From NCBI RefSeq assembly GCF_009914755.1, contig NC_060931.1: 64,000 nt of DNA; one strand, 5' to 3'. The position numbers and the translations under genes are program-made. Source of the DNA: the human T2T-CHM13v2.0 reference genome, Homo sapiens. This document shows positions 26,310 through 39,749 of this stretch, one piece after another. Each line of letters opens with the position of its first letter. Positions within the stretch are counted from its first letter, which is position 1. The notes under the pieces were generated by a model. That model had not been told where the DNA came from. It was given only the letters and a program-made list of their open reading frames with translations, and ran no database searches.

Positions 26310-26505
26310 AGGAGTGGTTACTATGTACACTCAGTGCCTTCCCATTCCTTATCTCATTTAATCCCAATGACTGTCTGATGCAAGTCCCATTGTTATTCTC
26401 ACCTGACAGCTGCAGACGTGGAAGCTCACAGAGGTGGAGTCATCGCCCAGGGTTACACACCTGATGAGCAGAGAGCTGGGATTCGAACCCAGGCAGCTGG
26501 GGGCT
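26310..26505 (-). mobile_element. MIR
   Basis: atctcatttaatccc ... cccagggttacacacc ... agagctgggattcgaacccaggcag. Confidence 0.8.
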
Positions 26506-27299
26506 GAGGAGGCCGAGGGAGAAGCAGCTGGTGATGAAGCCTAGAAAGGAATCAGGTCTGCTTCCTTGCTTGGCATTCGGTGCCATTGACAGCAGCCTCC
26601 CCTCAGCAAGCAAAACTTGCTCCAAATTGAGCTGCGAGTTTCTTGCAGGGTGGAGCTGCCCTCGGCTGAGTGGAGCCAGGAGGGTGAAGCAGGAGTGTGA
26701 ACGGTGTGAACCCATTACAAATTTCTGGCCGCCATCCTAATTTTAGAGGCTTCATGTTTCAATATGAAATGCTGTTGTTCGTGCCACAAAACTAGGAAAC
26801 AAACAGAATCGTGCCAGGAGAAACCCCCTCCCCCACCAAGTTTGATGCTGTAAAAATGTCTAATGGGGAAATCTTTTCAGTGGTAAATTACCCCACTGCC
26901 TTCTTTTCCTCTCATTTTGCATCGGAAGCTCTCCTCAGTTCCTACTGGAAGATGTTCAAGGCTGGGCCAGGAGAATTCTAGAGACTTTTTCCCCTAATAG
27001 GCACCGTGTTTGTGGAGAAGTCCACTAAGAATCCCAGACTTGACATAGCCCTGGCATTCAGTGGCCGCCTCACTCCCATGTGGAGTGAAAACCAGGAAGA
27101 CAGCAGAAGGTGGCAAACCCACTGTCAAGAACCAGAGTAGCAATTTCTTGCCATTGTAGTGATAAATTGCTACACTGGCTGAACTAAAAATTGTAATAAT
27201 AATAACAATTAACATTTATGCAGCATGTACAATGCTCCAGTAAAATATTCTTTTAAGGTCACAATGTACCTTTATCATGATGTTGTCATAATGTATCCA

Positions 27300-27525
27300 C
27301 AATAATAGCAGCACTAGCTAACATTTATTGAATAATTACTGTGGTTACTTTATCTGCATCATCACATTAATCTTTAAAACTTCACAACAATGCTTTGAGC
27401 CTGGTGCTTTTATTATTCCCATTGTACAGTTAATAAAACAGGTTTACGTAGTTAGTGGCTGAGCTGGGTTGCAGACTCAGGCACGTCTGAATCCGGAGCT
27501 GGGGTTCTTACCCACTCCAGTGACT
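27300..27525 (-). mobile_element. MIR
   Basis: gctaacatttattg ... tattattcccattgtacag ... tggctgagctggg. Confidence 0.7.
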
Positions 27526-28380
27526 GCCTCTCAGAAAAGAACAGGGCAATGTCCATTCTCCTTTTATTTTCTTTAAGCACCTGATCATTCTAAAAGCATG
27601 TGTTCCTCCGTGTGTGTGAGTTGTGTACACGTGTGTGTGTTTTCCTTTCTTTTCTCGGACTCCAGGCTCATGACTGCTTATTTGCATGGTGTTTTGGTGT
27701 CAAAGGAGTGTTGAATGTGTTCTCCACACACCCAGCTTTATTCCACTCTAGGAGTTTAACTTCTTCAGCATTGTTATGAGGTCCCCGGTGACCTCAGTTT
27801 CTCCTCTCCGCGTCATCCAGGACTTCACCTGAAGCTTGAGCTACACGTAAGACTTCATCTACCTTGCACAGGGCAATGGAGAGAGGTAAGTTTCTGGGAC
27901 CAGAGGGGTGTTGTCTTATCCTCGGTAAAGGGAGTGCAGAGGAGGGATGGAAAGGACAGGAGAGGACTGACTTCAGAAGGGGTCGACTGGGATCGTTCCA
28001 GGCAAAACTAGATTTGTGTCACTCTGCTTAGCTCCCTTCTTACAAACGGATGTGAGAATACATCTTCGCCATCCCTTGGCCTGTGAGGCTGGCCCCATTA
28101 CTGAATGTGTGGAACTGAGAGGTGCACTGAGTAGAAGCAGTAACAGGCAGCAGGTGCTTAACTGTTGGCTGGCTTTTTCTTGGCTTTTTCCTCTCACTCG
28201 TTGAAGGTGCAATGCCTCATCTTGATACTGGATCATTTCTTCTGTAACTACCAAGTTTTGTAGATTTGCCTCCTGGAATCTATGATGCTTCTGTGAGATT
28301 CCTCTTTCAATGAAATGAGGGATAATTAAGTAGCCTGCTGCATCCAACCTCGGCCTGCCTTCCTGTGAGGTGTCTACGTG

Positions 28381-28524
28381 TGCCTGTGCACACACACGCC
28401 CGTGCACACACACGCCCGTGCACACACAGGCATGCACACACATGTGCATCCAGACATCCATGCATGCACACACATGTGCATCCAGACATCCATGCATGCG
28501 CACACACACACACACACATATATA
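28381..28524 (+). repeat. Compound CA-derived minisatellite: 16-mer x3, 32-mer x2, then (CA)n
   Basis: (c/t)gcc(c/t)gtgcacacaca x3 at 28381-28428; gcatgcacacacatgtgcatccagacatccat x2 at 28430-28493. Confidence 0.93.
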
Positions 28525-29069
28525 GGTGTAAAGTTTAGTTACATTGGAATTATTTACTTGTTTTCAGAACACTAACTGTAAATATGTGTTTATATCACTG
28601 GGTCACTAGGACTTTCTTATTTCTGCCTAAGTACCTGAAGTTTCTATTTCTCTATTTTTCAAAATTATTTTTAAATTAGAAAAATAACCCTCAAATACAA
28701 TATCATTTAAAAAGACTCAAACGATACAGAAGGGACGTATGGGAAAATGTGAAAAAATCCCCTTTATACAACTGATACTTCAAAACACTCTCATTCCCAC
28801 CTACCAACCCTCTAACAATAGAATAACTTCATATTTATGCTGATGGTCCTTTTCCTATGTAGTGTGAGCTTAGTGTGCAAAAAAATCTCAAAATATTTTT
28901 GAAAGCGCCTCTTTTCATACAAGTTTTATATTCTATGAAGAGAAAATCTGCTAAATGTTACTTCCCTATAGTACTGCCAAGTTGCTTCTCTGAGCCGTTA
29001 GACAACTTTTACCCCATTTCCCCTTTGCCTTATTGGTTGAATGTGGTTTTTGAATTGCTAATGGGTCAG

Positions 29070-29410
29070 GTGTGCCACAAAGGAAAGAGCCTGGGCTTTG
29101 GAGTCTAACTTGGTTTGAATCCCAGTAAGATCCCTGTTTAGTCTCATAGACTGGGTAAATTGTGTTCATTTCTTCCCAGGAATCAAGGGCCAGGACTCTG
29201 CAGCCACACTGCTGCCTGGGTTCAAATGCTACTTCCCCCTTGACTCAGTGGAAAGCTTTCAAAAACCACTTGACCTCTCAGTGCCTTAGTTCCCTCACCT
29301 GTGAAATGGGGATAACAATAATATCTCCCTCTTAGGGTTGTTATGAAAGCTAAAAAGTTACCTCAATGCCTGGCACACACACAGTGAGTGTTAAATAAGC
29401 CTCGGTTGCT
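29070..29410 (+). mobile_element. Two MIR fragments
   Basis: gggctttggagtc...ggtttgaatcccag; cctctcagtgccttagttccctcacctgtgaaatggggataacaata. Confidence 0.8.
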
Positions 29411-30124
29411 TTTTATTACCCTCCTATGTGTACAGAATTCACAGCGATGTAAGTCTACATGCAGGTGATAAAGATCCTGCCCCAGGGAACACAGATGGGT
29501 GCAATCAAACCATTATTAAGCTAACAAGACAGCATGACCCTAAAGCTCCTTGCAGAAATTTTCACCACCAGGGCGCACACAAACACAGAAATAATTCTGC
29601 TCAGACTCAAAACAGAGAAGTGACCCCCAGCCCCACCTTTGTCTCATCTTCCACTCCATCCATGCATTCTTTAGATTTCAGCTGTTCTCTTCCTTCCCAG
29701 CTCTTCTATTCTCTTCGTCCTCACCAGGCCAAGACCACATATTTCACACCCCTCCCACAAAATGACAGAACTACTCCCACCTCTGCCATCTTCCCTCCTA
29801 TCCACAGGGTCTATGCCTGGCCATCTGTTTGGGTCCTAAACTGACGCTTGGAGCATGTAACATCCACTAAGGAAAGTTTGTCTTAATTGCCTCCCTTGCT
29901 GATCACAATGACATTCAAAATCCTTCATCAAGGTTATCTTCAAACCCTCCTTTCAAACTAGCCTCTCCCTGTGCTCTAAACATGTCTCCCAGAATCCCTG
30001 CTCTGAGCCAACCAATTCAAGTTTCCCATGGAATGTAATTGATACACAAGAGGGAGTTGGATGAGAACATCTTTAAAGCCTTCTGAGCCCTGTAGATCAT
30101 TTGCAGACATTCTACAAAACTACA

Positions 30125-30350
30125 AATAGTCACCGCACTTACTATGTGCTAAACATTACGTTAATTGCCTTTGTTTTATGCACATTAGCTCCCTTAATTC
30201 TCATAATAGTTTGATGAAGGAGGTAGTATTACTATCCTGTTTTACAGACAGAAAAGCTGAGTCTTGGGGAAGATAAATTGTGGCTCCAAGGCTACCCAGC
30301 CAAGATGAGCAAGACTGAAACACAGACCCACATGACACTGCAGTCCCGCT
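30125..30350 (-). mobile_element. MIR
   Basis: cacttactatgtgcta ... ctatcctgttttacagacagaaaagctgag. Confidence 0.75.
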
Positions 30351-32954
30351 CTGGGTGTCAGAAGAGTGCTGCTTCCCCCAGCTTCCGTTAGCCTGTGTTA
30401 AATGTTTCCAGGTTGATCCTCCAGCCTACCCTCACCCCTATGCTTTCTTTCTAAAACATAAGCAGATGAAAAATAAAGCATGAGTGCTTCTTCCCTAGGA
30501 TGGCATACCAGAATCACCAGATGACAGACATCGGGGTGCTGTCGGACCCGGGAATCAGAACCTCTGCAGATAGATATTTTGGAAGGCGCTCCCTAGATTG
30601 GCACCTCTGGTTAGAACCCTGCCCAGGGACTGGACAAGTTGGGCCCATGGCTCATATCTGGCCAGTGTTCATTGCTTTGTTGAATCACACTTAATCCTTT
30701 GGTTTTGGTAGATTCCTGCAAGTGGACTGACAGCTGCATGTTTGCAGGAAAGTTAAATATTTTGACAGCGCAGAAGACTGCTGCATCTGGAGGGTTCTGG
30801 GTCCAGCTATAACCAGACTTGCCTGTCCTAAACAAATGGATTGACTGCTTCCGGCATCCTCACTTTACTTCTGCATGGTGACCAACATCCGGAGCTTAAT
30901 TACCTGACAGCCAGGAGGTAGGGGGCAAAGGAAACCTTTTAATTTATAGTAAGAAGTGATCAGTTCCTTTTTTGGGTCTTAGTTAGAATCCAGGTGCACT
31001 TGAAACAATAAAACCTTGTATATAGTTTTCTCCTATAAGAAACTTCTCAGATATTTACCAAAATCCTGGAAAAATATATATTGGTCAATATACCACAATT
31101 CCCACAAGAGGTAAATATTTACAAAATCTACTTTGGGCGGTGATGCTGCAAGAATATTAAAAGGCGTTGACTTTATCGTCAAGTGAATTATTTCTTAATT
31201 TTTTAAAATTTAAATCACAGTATATTTGACAAGCTACAGCAGTAGGAAAACACCTTTGCTTTAAACAAAACTACCTTTTCTCAGCAAGAACAGTTACTAG
31301 AGTGGGAAATAAGGTTAATTTCAGTTTTATTAATAATATCTGAAATGAAATAATGTTACAACTCTCCCCTCTAACCTCGTTGCTAGACAACTTAGAATAT
31401 TTATTTATTTCTCCTTCAGAGAAAATAAGAGTGGATGTTACCTTTAAGCAACATACACATTTAATTAATGAACACAAGGAAAATGATTCCGGTTGTAGTT
31501 AAATCGGGCACAAGCATATAGGATTTAAGAGATCTGACCTTAGAAATGAAGAAAATATTATTGTAATTACTCCATTTGCTAAAAACAAATGATGTGGCAT
31601 TTGAATTTAAGACTTCTATCAAAAGCAGTTGAGTGTCTGTAATCAGTTCTCACCTTTACATTTTAATGGAGTTGAGGTTGAGCCGTTGCATTTACAATTA
31701 TCTAGGCTGACTTCATGCCTTTGAAATGACTTAAAAAGATTAGCATTCATGGATTATTTATTAGCTCCTCGTGAACGTATTTCCAAGAATGGAAACAACG
31801 TATTGCATCAAAGTCTAGTTTCCAAGTTTAACTCTTTTAATGAACAGCATGACTGTACGATGCTGCAAAAGGCATCTCTGAAGTCACAGGACATTTTGTC
31901 ATGCTTTTCCCTTCAAGTGCATCTTTAGTAGCAGTCTTTGTTCCTTGCAAGCTCAGGGAGAATGTTGATTCCAGCCCTGGCAGCTGCCCGAGATGCCCTG
32001 TAAACACTACGGCTAGCAGAAAGCAGGCTGCTCAGGGGGGCAAGGCAGCTGATCCCAGCCTGCTGTAGCTATCACTGATAGGGAATGCCTGTCTGGGGCT
32101 CGGCAGAGAACTCAGTGACATGATGGCCCTGGCAGTTTAACCCAAACACACTTTTCTGCCTAGATAACAAAAATGTCATGCCTGAGTCCCTGACAGCAAC
32201 CCCAGAGGAGCTCCAGGTTTGAGGCAGCGCTGGCAGGACGTGGTCTATCTGCCATCTGAAGCCCTTCATTGCCCGCCTGGCTGTGAATCTCACCTCCTCT
32301 GTAGTGGAAAACAGGCCGAACAGAACTGGCAGGCAGGTAAGGGACAGCAAACCTTGCAGGGAGGGCCTAGTGCTGAAGCTAAGCCAGCCCTTTGAGTTCA
32401 AGCTCAAAGACATGTGATGCCAGCTTTGCAGGGGAGCTAAGATTCTTCCGAGAAAAAGCAGAATGAGAGAGAGATATGCAGCTGCAGTGGAGGACTTGGA
32501 AGAGAACAACGCCAGGTCCTGGATCCTGCAAGAATCTCCTCTGGAAAAGCAGGGGAGAGAAAAGCAAGGAAGGAAGCAGGGTCACCGCAAGTGTGGGATT
32601 TGTCTTATTAAAATCTGATACTGTGTGGCAGTTTGCTTCACTCTTGGTATAAAATGTCTGAGCTCCATGTTAAAGTAAATGTAAGTAATATAAATCTGCC
32701 TTTCCTGAGGTGAAAATAGATCCATATTATTTAAAATATGAACTGAGATAGATGACAGTTACAAACATTATACTTGTTCTTATTATAATTCTTACTAAGC
32801 TCAAGGAATAAAAACTGGGATGATGAAAAAGAAGTTCTGAATGTAAAAATTGGTGTTTTGGATAAAATACAAACCAACCCAGAAATGATGAAAAAAATCT
32901 GCCCTGCCTGACTTGCTTTGTTGCTTTGCTCATGGAGAGTTCAGCAATCGTGTC

Positions 32955-33270
32955 ATTTATTCATTCATTCACTCACTCACTCACTGACTCATTCATTCAG
33001 CAGCTATCCAACCGGAGCTCGCTGTGAGGCAGACACTGTGCTGGGGACACACAAATGCATCAGATGTGGAGTCTGCCCTCAATGAGCTTATAATCTAATA
33101 AGAAAGAGAAGGCAAGTCCACATGTAACTGTAGTACGAGGCAGGATGTAATAACTGCAGAAAGGGACATGAAAGAAAATGCCGTGAGGGATTGCACCTCA
33201 CTAGGGGGAGGTTTTATTTGAGCTATCTTCTAATGGATGGGCAGAATTTGGACAGTGGAAGTGGTGGGGG
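32955..33270 (-). mobile_element. L2 3' end with (TTCA/CTCA)n tail
   Basis: attcattcattcactcactc ... gacactgtgctggggac ... ctgccctcaatgagcttataatcta. Confidence 0.8.
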
Positions 33271-33403
33271 GTGGGGTGGTAAGGAAAATCCCAAGAATGC
33301 TTTGGTGTAGAAGGTCCAGCAATCCCTGCCTGGTTTGTTGTCTGTGTCCATGAAGTTGAAGCAGAAGAGGAGCACTTGAGTACCTGTCTGCAAGAGCAAC
33401 TGA

Positions 33404-33782
<379 letters not shown>

Positions 33783-34534
33783 TAGGCTATTTTTAAAAAT
33801 GTTGTTACTATGACAAACTAACTTCTAAACAGAATTTTAATATATATAATTAGAGCAAAAAAAGTACAAATATAGGTGCATGAAGAAAAAATTAAGAAAA
33901 TATCACCCATAATTCTACCATTCACTGAACATTGTGTGAGATAATCCATTAGACTTTTCTATTTATCAATCTATTTTTTTAATTAAAATTATATATTACA
34001 CATGTGGTGTTATAATATGCTTTTACCATTTATATTCCAAATATCTTTTTATACTGATGGGTACATATTTTGATATGTGCTTCTTAGCCAGGCTTCTGCT
34101 GGCATCTGGAAGGTCCTCTGCAGGAGGTGGCCCCTGTGTTGCGGTCTGTGGACTGCGCTGCCCTTTCAGCTGTGCTCCTCTGTGTGTAGAGCCGAAGTAG
34201 GCCCACAGTGTGGGGAGAAGGCCCTGTAGAAGCCACAAGTGAGATACCATGAGCTGGGAGTGGGGTCATCTGGGTGGACAATGACCTGACCTGAGGATAC
34301 TGGATCTCTGAGTCCTGGGAAAAGCACAGACCAGCATTATCAGGCACAGAGTGCTTTCTTTGCTTTTAGATTGACAGAGATGATGGTAATCTCACTCACT
34401 GGGCAAAGTAGGGGAGCTGGTGACATTACTCTGTTTGTCAGGGTGACCAGCAGCCAAGGGAGGCCACGGACACACTCAGGGGAGATGAGCACAGCCACCC
34501 CCTAGAATGAGGGTTTTTGATGTTTGCTTGAATG

Positions 34535-35695
34535 TTTTAATTGTGATAAAATAAACATAACATAAAATGTACTATCTTGACCATTTTTGAGTATACAGTT
34601 CAGTAGCATTGTATATTCACATTCTGGTGCAACCAATCTCCAAAACATATCATCTTGCAAAACTAAAACTCTGAATAGTACCCATTAAACAACTCCCTAT
34701 TCCCATTCCCCTAGTTTCTGGCAACCACCACTCTGCTTCTGTTTTTAATGAGTTCGATTACTCTAGATACCTCATATAAGTGGAATCATACTGTATATGT
34801 CTTTCTTGTCTAGCTTATTTCACTTAGCATAATGTCCTCAAGTTTCATTCATGTTGAAGCATGTCTCAGAATTTCTTTCCTTTTTAAGGCTGAATATATT
34901 CCATTGAATGGCATATTAGTCCATTCTCATGCTGCTAATAAAGACATACCCAAGACTGGGTAATTTATAAAGGAAAGAGGTTAAATGGACTCACAGTTCC
35001 AGAGTCCTCACCATTGTGGCAGAAGGCAAATGAGGAGCAAAGTCACGTCTTACATGGTGGCAGGCAAGAGAGTGTGTGCAGGGGATCTCCCCTTTATAAA
35101 ACCATCAGATCTTGTGAGACTTATTTACTATTATGAGACCAGTATGGGAAAGACCTGCTCCCATGATTCAATTACCTCCCACCAGGTCCCTCCCATGACA
35201 CTTGAGAATTATGGTGGCTACAATTCAAGATGAGATTTGAGTGGGGACACAGCCAAACCATATTAAATGGAGATACCACATTTTGTTTATTCATTCATCC
35301 ATCGATGGATTTGGGTTGGGCTTCCACCTTTTGGTTACAGTGAAGAGTGCTGGTATGAACATGTGTGTGTGCAAATATCTCCTTGAGACCCTGGTTTCAA
35401 TTCTTTTGGATGCATACTCATGAAGTGAAATTGCTGAATCATATGGTAATAGAATCATAGAATCTATAGAATCATTTGGTAAATGAATTTAAAGTAATTT
35501 TAATTTTTAATTTTTGAGTAACCACCCACTGTTTTCCATAATAGCTACACCATTTTACATTCCCACCAACAGTGCTCAAGGGCTCCAATTTCCCCACACC
35601 CTTGCTGACACTAGCAATTTTTTGGTTTTTGGGTCATAGTCATCCTAATGGGTGTGAGGTGATATCTCACTGTGGTTTTGATATGAATTTTCCTA
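34535..35695 (-). mobile_element. L1MB 3' fragment, split by a THE1 LTR
   Basis: ttttaattgtgataaaata...ctggcaaccacc...cacttagcataatgtcctcaag; resumes at 35271 (ataccacattttgtttattcattcatcc). Confidence 0.85.
34912..35265 (-). mobile_element. THE1C-like MaLR solo LTR
   Basis: Matches the THE1 consensus end to end; 5-bp TSD AATGG at 34907-34911 and 35266-35270. Confidence 0.92.
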
Positions 35696-37954
35696 ACCTA
35701 GAACCAGTCCTGTAGAGGAAGTGGAAGTACCTCTGCAAGGTAGAGCCAGGCCCAGAGGCCAAGATGAAGGAATTGAGTTCAAGTCATAGCTTTGAGGTTG
35801 ACTCCTAACCTGACACAACCCCATCAACGTCTCACTTTTCTCAACCATGCAATCAAGGATGCTAACACCATCCTACCTCTGTTTTCTGTATCACTACTAA
35901 GCAGCATTGCACTAATTTCCAAGGAAAACAAAGCTAATAACTTTGTTCCCAAGAGCCAGAGCCATATGTAAACATGAGGCACTCTGGGCAACTTGTCAAG
36001 GATCTACCTAAACACCCACAGAACAAGGCAGGACCCTGAAGTCACATCCCAGCTAACATTATCAGCAGCTCACTCTAAATCTTTCAGTGACATCTATATT
36101 AAAATATAATCCACTCTGAACCCAGTACTTAACAGTTTATCTGCACCATGAGCCCAACCATATGTCTCCACTTTTTGCCTCTTCAATGGCTTCAAACAAA
36201 TTCAGAATTTTGAGTTTCCACTGTTTCGTTCTTGTAGCTACTAAGACAATAACAGATTAAATAGGATGAACCAAGCAGCCATACTTCTTGTAAAGTTATC
36301 CCCAGAGATAAATGTACAATGTTGTTTCAGAGGCTGTGGTGGTGTCTGCAGTGTAACTAAGGTTGACAGACTGCCTGCATGTGGGTGGCTGTCTCCTTTC
36401 CAGCTGTGACCAGCTGAATTATATCACCTGTCCCATTTGATGTATTAGGATATGCCCAAGCTCAAGATGCATGTTGCTGCAATAGGGAAATTAATGTCCA
36501 CCACTGGAGGCAATTAATAATGATTAGGAGCAAAACAGCAGGGTTAAATCTGTGCATTTAAGAGAGTGTTCATACACTTTTATACTATATTTCAGTCTAG
36601 TTGCTCAAAGGAAAACAGAAAATCCTTTTGGGGGACTAGAACAATCTTATCTTAATTAACATGTAAACTTAGATGAAATGTCAAAATCGCTTCAATGAGA
36701 CATGCTTATTCATTATTTACTTAATCCTCCCTTCCTGAGGTTAGAGAAAAACATTGCACAAAAGTAGCATAGTGTGGGGAGAAATGTTAAGACTGAGTCG
36801 AGACGCTTGTAGAACTCTTGCACTTATTGAATTGCTGCATTCAGTCCACGGATTGAGGTGAGTGAGAAATTCTTGCCTCTTTTATTTTACTATTCTGCAG
36901 TTACTATATTATAAAAAAGCAGGAAATTGGCAAACCATAGATTTGCAATGCTCAGTTTAGTGCAACTCCATAAAATCTGCCTGTAAAATGCTTAGTGGTA
37001 GGTAACTAACTTACATTTGGCGACTAAAATCTGGATGTAAATTTGAATAACAGAAACCTAAGCTGAACAAGGGATTTTCCTTCAAAGGTTCAGAAAATAT
37101 TGAAAACTGATAGGTTATAAATCTGTCAGTTTAATGTACATAAACATACACGCACCTCTCACTAGGCATTTATGTCACCACGTGTTAGTGCAGAGCATAT
37201 ACAATACAAATATTTATTGATCAGTTATTTTATTAGGAAATTTCATTGAACAGATTCAAATATAACTGGCTGCCAGCTGGACTTTATAGCTCAGAGCAGA
37301 TTATATACTTAACCTAAGAGATAATGCAATTCTCATTAATTAAAAACTATGAGATAAAGGTCTTGGAAAACTTCGAACCCTATTTTATTATGATGGAATC
37401 AAAAAGTAATTCCTTCTCTGTGAATCTGCAATGGCTACTGTGACTTTGAAGTTCTGTTGGCAACCTGGGCTCATGAGTCCAAGGCCACCTAAGGGCGTGG
37501 CTTCCCCTTGCATTTCCCTTCCGTTGTGCTTTCAAGAGTGTCTCAGTCTGCATGACCCTCCAACAGACTCAATTAAAAGCGAAAAATGCAGTCAATTATC
37601 AGTTATTTGGCTTACCTAACCCAGATATCCAGATATGCATTTGAACATAACTAAAATACTTGAATTTTTAATAGCACATATCAAATACTTGGCACCATTT
37701 TTCATGTGGATATTTAGTACCTTGTGCTCAAATAGCCACGCACTAGTTTAGTCCCAATTATTCATTCATGTATTTATTTATTCATTCATTTGTTCATTAA
37801 ATAGTCTTTATGCCCTCATCACCCTTACTTTTCCATTTGCTTTGAAAATCTCACCAGGACTGAGCATGGCTAGGTTTCAGACAGAGTAAGCCTCTGGTTT
37901 ATCTATCAATGGATCACATCACTTGGACTACATTGTTTTTATTATTTTTAGGAA

Positions 37955-38295
37955 TCTGTTCATTCGACAGATATTTTTTGAGTACTCACCATGTGTAAAG
38001 CACTCTGCTGTATGGATCGCAAAGATAAAAAAAATAAAAGCACAAAAACTCTATTCTCAAGCTTAACGAAAGTGACCAAATGCCAACGTAGTGTTAGTCA
38101 TTTTCCTCATTCTCACAACAAACCTGTGAAGTAGGCACTATTCCCATCTATACTTGAGGAAATGGCATCTCGAGAAGACTACTTTTTCCAGATGACTTTG
38201 ATCTGTCCAAGTCACACAGTGGTGATGGCAGAGTCAGGATTCCAACCTCGGTCTTCTGTTTTCTGGCTCTGAGGTCTTGCCACCACACGGCACTT
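37955..38295 (-). mobile_element. L2 end followed by MIR
   Basis: gttcattcgacagatattttttgagtactcaccatgtg; ctgtccaagtcacacagtggtgatggcagagtcaggattccaacc. Confidence 0.7.
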
Positions 38296-38709
38296 ACCTC
38301 TTTAGGAGCTGGCCAGCCTAACGGCACATCTAGTGGTTATGTTTCCACAGCCAGGTGTGGATATTAGACCTTTGTCTAATATGCCAAAGACCTCTCTCTC
38401 AGTCAAACGTTCCTGGAATATCACTGGCAAAACTGCAGATTCATTGCATCTGTTCCAATTGTTAGACAATGCTGGTGCTTAAGGTGCAACTTCCCCGCCC
38501 ATGCTCCAACCTCCATCTGCAAGTAAAGACAATATTGATCTTCCCAATGGCCCTGGCCCTTCCTCTGCATTTGCTTTTCAGCTTCCTGTTGGGTTCCTGG
38601 CTTTCTAGTCATGGGCTCTTTGGTGTTGACAATATGTTGGGCAGTTTCTTTTCAGTTTGATGAACTTGAGCTGCAGACTCAACTTGTTGTTCTGCCCCCT
38701 CCTCTAGTA

Positions 38710-38728
38710 TAGCGCCCCCTGTAGGCAT
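38710..38728 (-). promoter_or_regulatory. CTCF core motif
   Basis: Minus strand ATGCCTACAGGGGGCGCTA versus consensus TGGCCACCAGGGGGCGCTA: 15/19, last 12 identical, CpG retained. Confidence 0.7.
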
Positions 38729-38847
38729 GGATGATCATCACCCACCCGCCTAGCCCTGGAGAGCCCACCTGGTGTGCCAGCCCCTGGTCCTCCTGCCCCT
38801 CCTTACCTCACCGAGGAGGAAGGCATGGGTAATTTGAGAAGAAGATG

Positions 38848-39002
38848 CCCTGGTTCTTAAATGGGGTACATTATAATCGTCTGGGGATTTGATTAAAAAA
38901 TAGATACCTGAACCTTTCTCTAAACCTCCTGGATCTATAGAAGTGTGTTTCAGTCTGTTCCCCAGCTGAAGAGAAAGCACACAAAAACCTAAGAAGCACT
39001 GG
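38848..39002. mobile_element. MER5-like hAT-Charlie element
   Basis: Degenerate terminal repeats cctggttcttaaa / taagaagcactgg; internal cattataatcgtctgggga...taaaaaatagatacctg. Confidence 0.6.
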
Positions 39003-39497
39003 TGCAATAAGAGGGTGCTATTGGCAAGCACACACCTTCCTACACTGGAATAAGAAACTTTATCAGGTTGAACCTTTTTTTAACCTCAAGAGAAAGACAA
39101 AAGGAAATAGCTAATTTGCTAATTATCTCAGAAGATTATTAATCTTGCAAGGTGTCACCACACAGACTTCAAACATGAGCAAAATCATAGGGATTGTACC
39201 CTTTTAGCATTTAGTAAAAGAAAATTGTATTTCCCTATTTAGAAAAAAAATCTGTATGCATTAGGGAACTGTTGGAGACCAGCCCTAAAGTTCTGAGGAG
39301 CTGTCCAAGAAACTGAGGATGAAAGATTTCACAGACTCAGTGCTTCTCCATTACCCAGCTCTGAGTCCAATTCAGCTCAAATGTTAGTGGGACATATATT
39401 GGACCCATATAGCTAATTTTAAAAGCCAAAATGTCAATGATAAGATGTACCTGAAAAAGAATTTAATAGGACGCCAAGGAAACACATTTTAAAACTC

Positions 39498-39749
39498 TTT
39501 ATGTAATGGATTACGTTTATTGATTTGCATATGTTGAACCAATCTTGCATCCAAGGGATGAAGCCAACTTGATTGCAGTGGATAAGTTTTTTGATGTGCT
39601 GCTGGATTCAGTTTGCCAGTATTTTATTGAGGATGTTCACCTCGATGTTCTTCAGTGATACTGGCCTGAAGTTTTCTTTTTTTTGTTGTGTCTCTTCCCA
39701 GTTTTGGTAACAGGATGATGCTGGCTTCATAAAATGAGTTAGGGAGGAA
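39498..39749 (-). mobile_element. Inverted 5' segment of an L1PA insertion (ORF2 RT region)
   Basis: Antisense ORF2 encoding decayed [12 protein letters not shown]...NFRPVSL...QVGFIP motifs. Confidence 0.92.

Noticed and set aside
27973-28515. Longest track ORF (180 aa, minus)
   Set aside because: The N-terminus is a translation of the CA-derived minisatellite; the rest has no domain or splice support.
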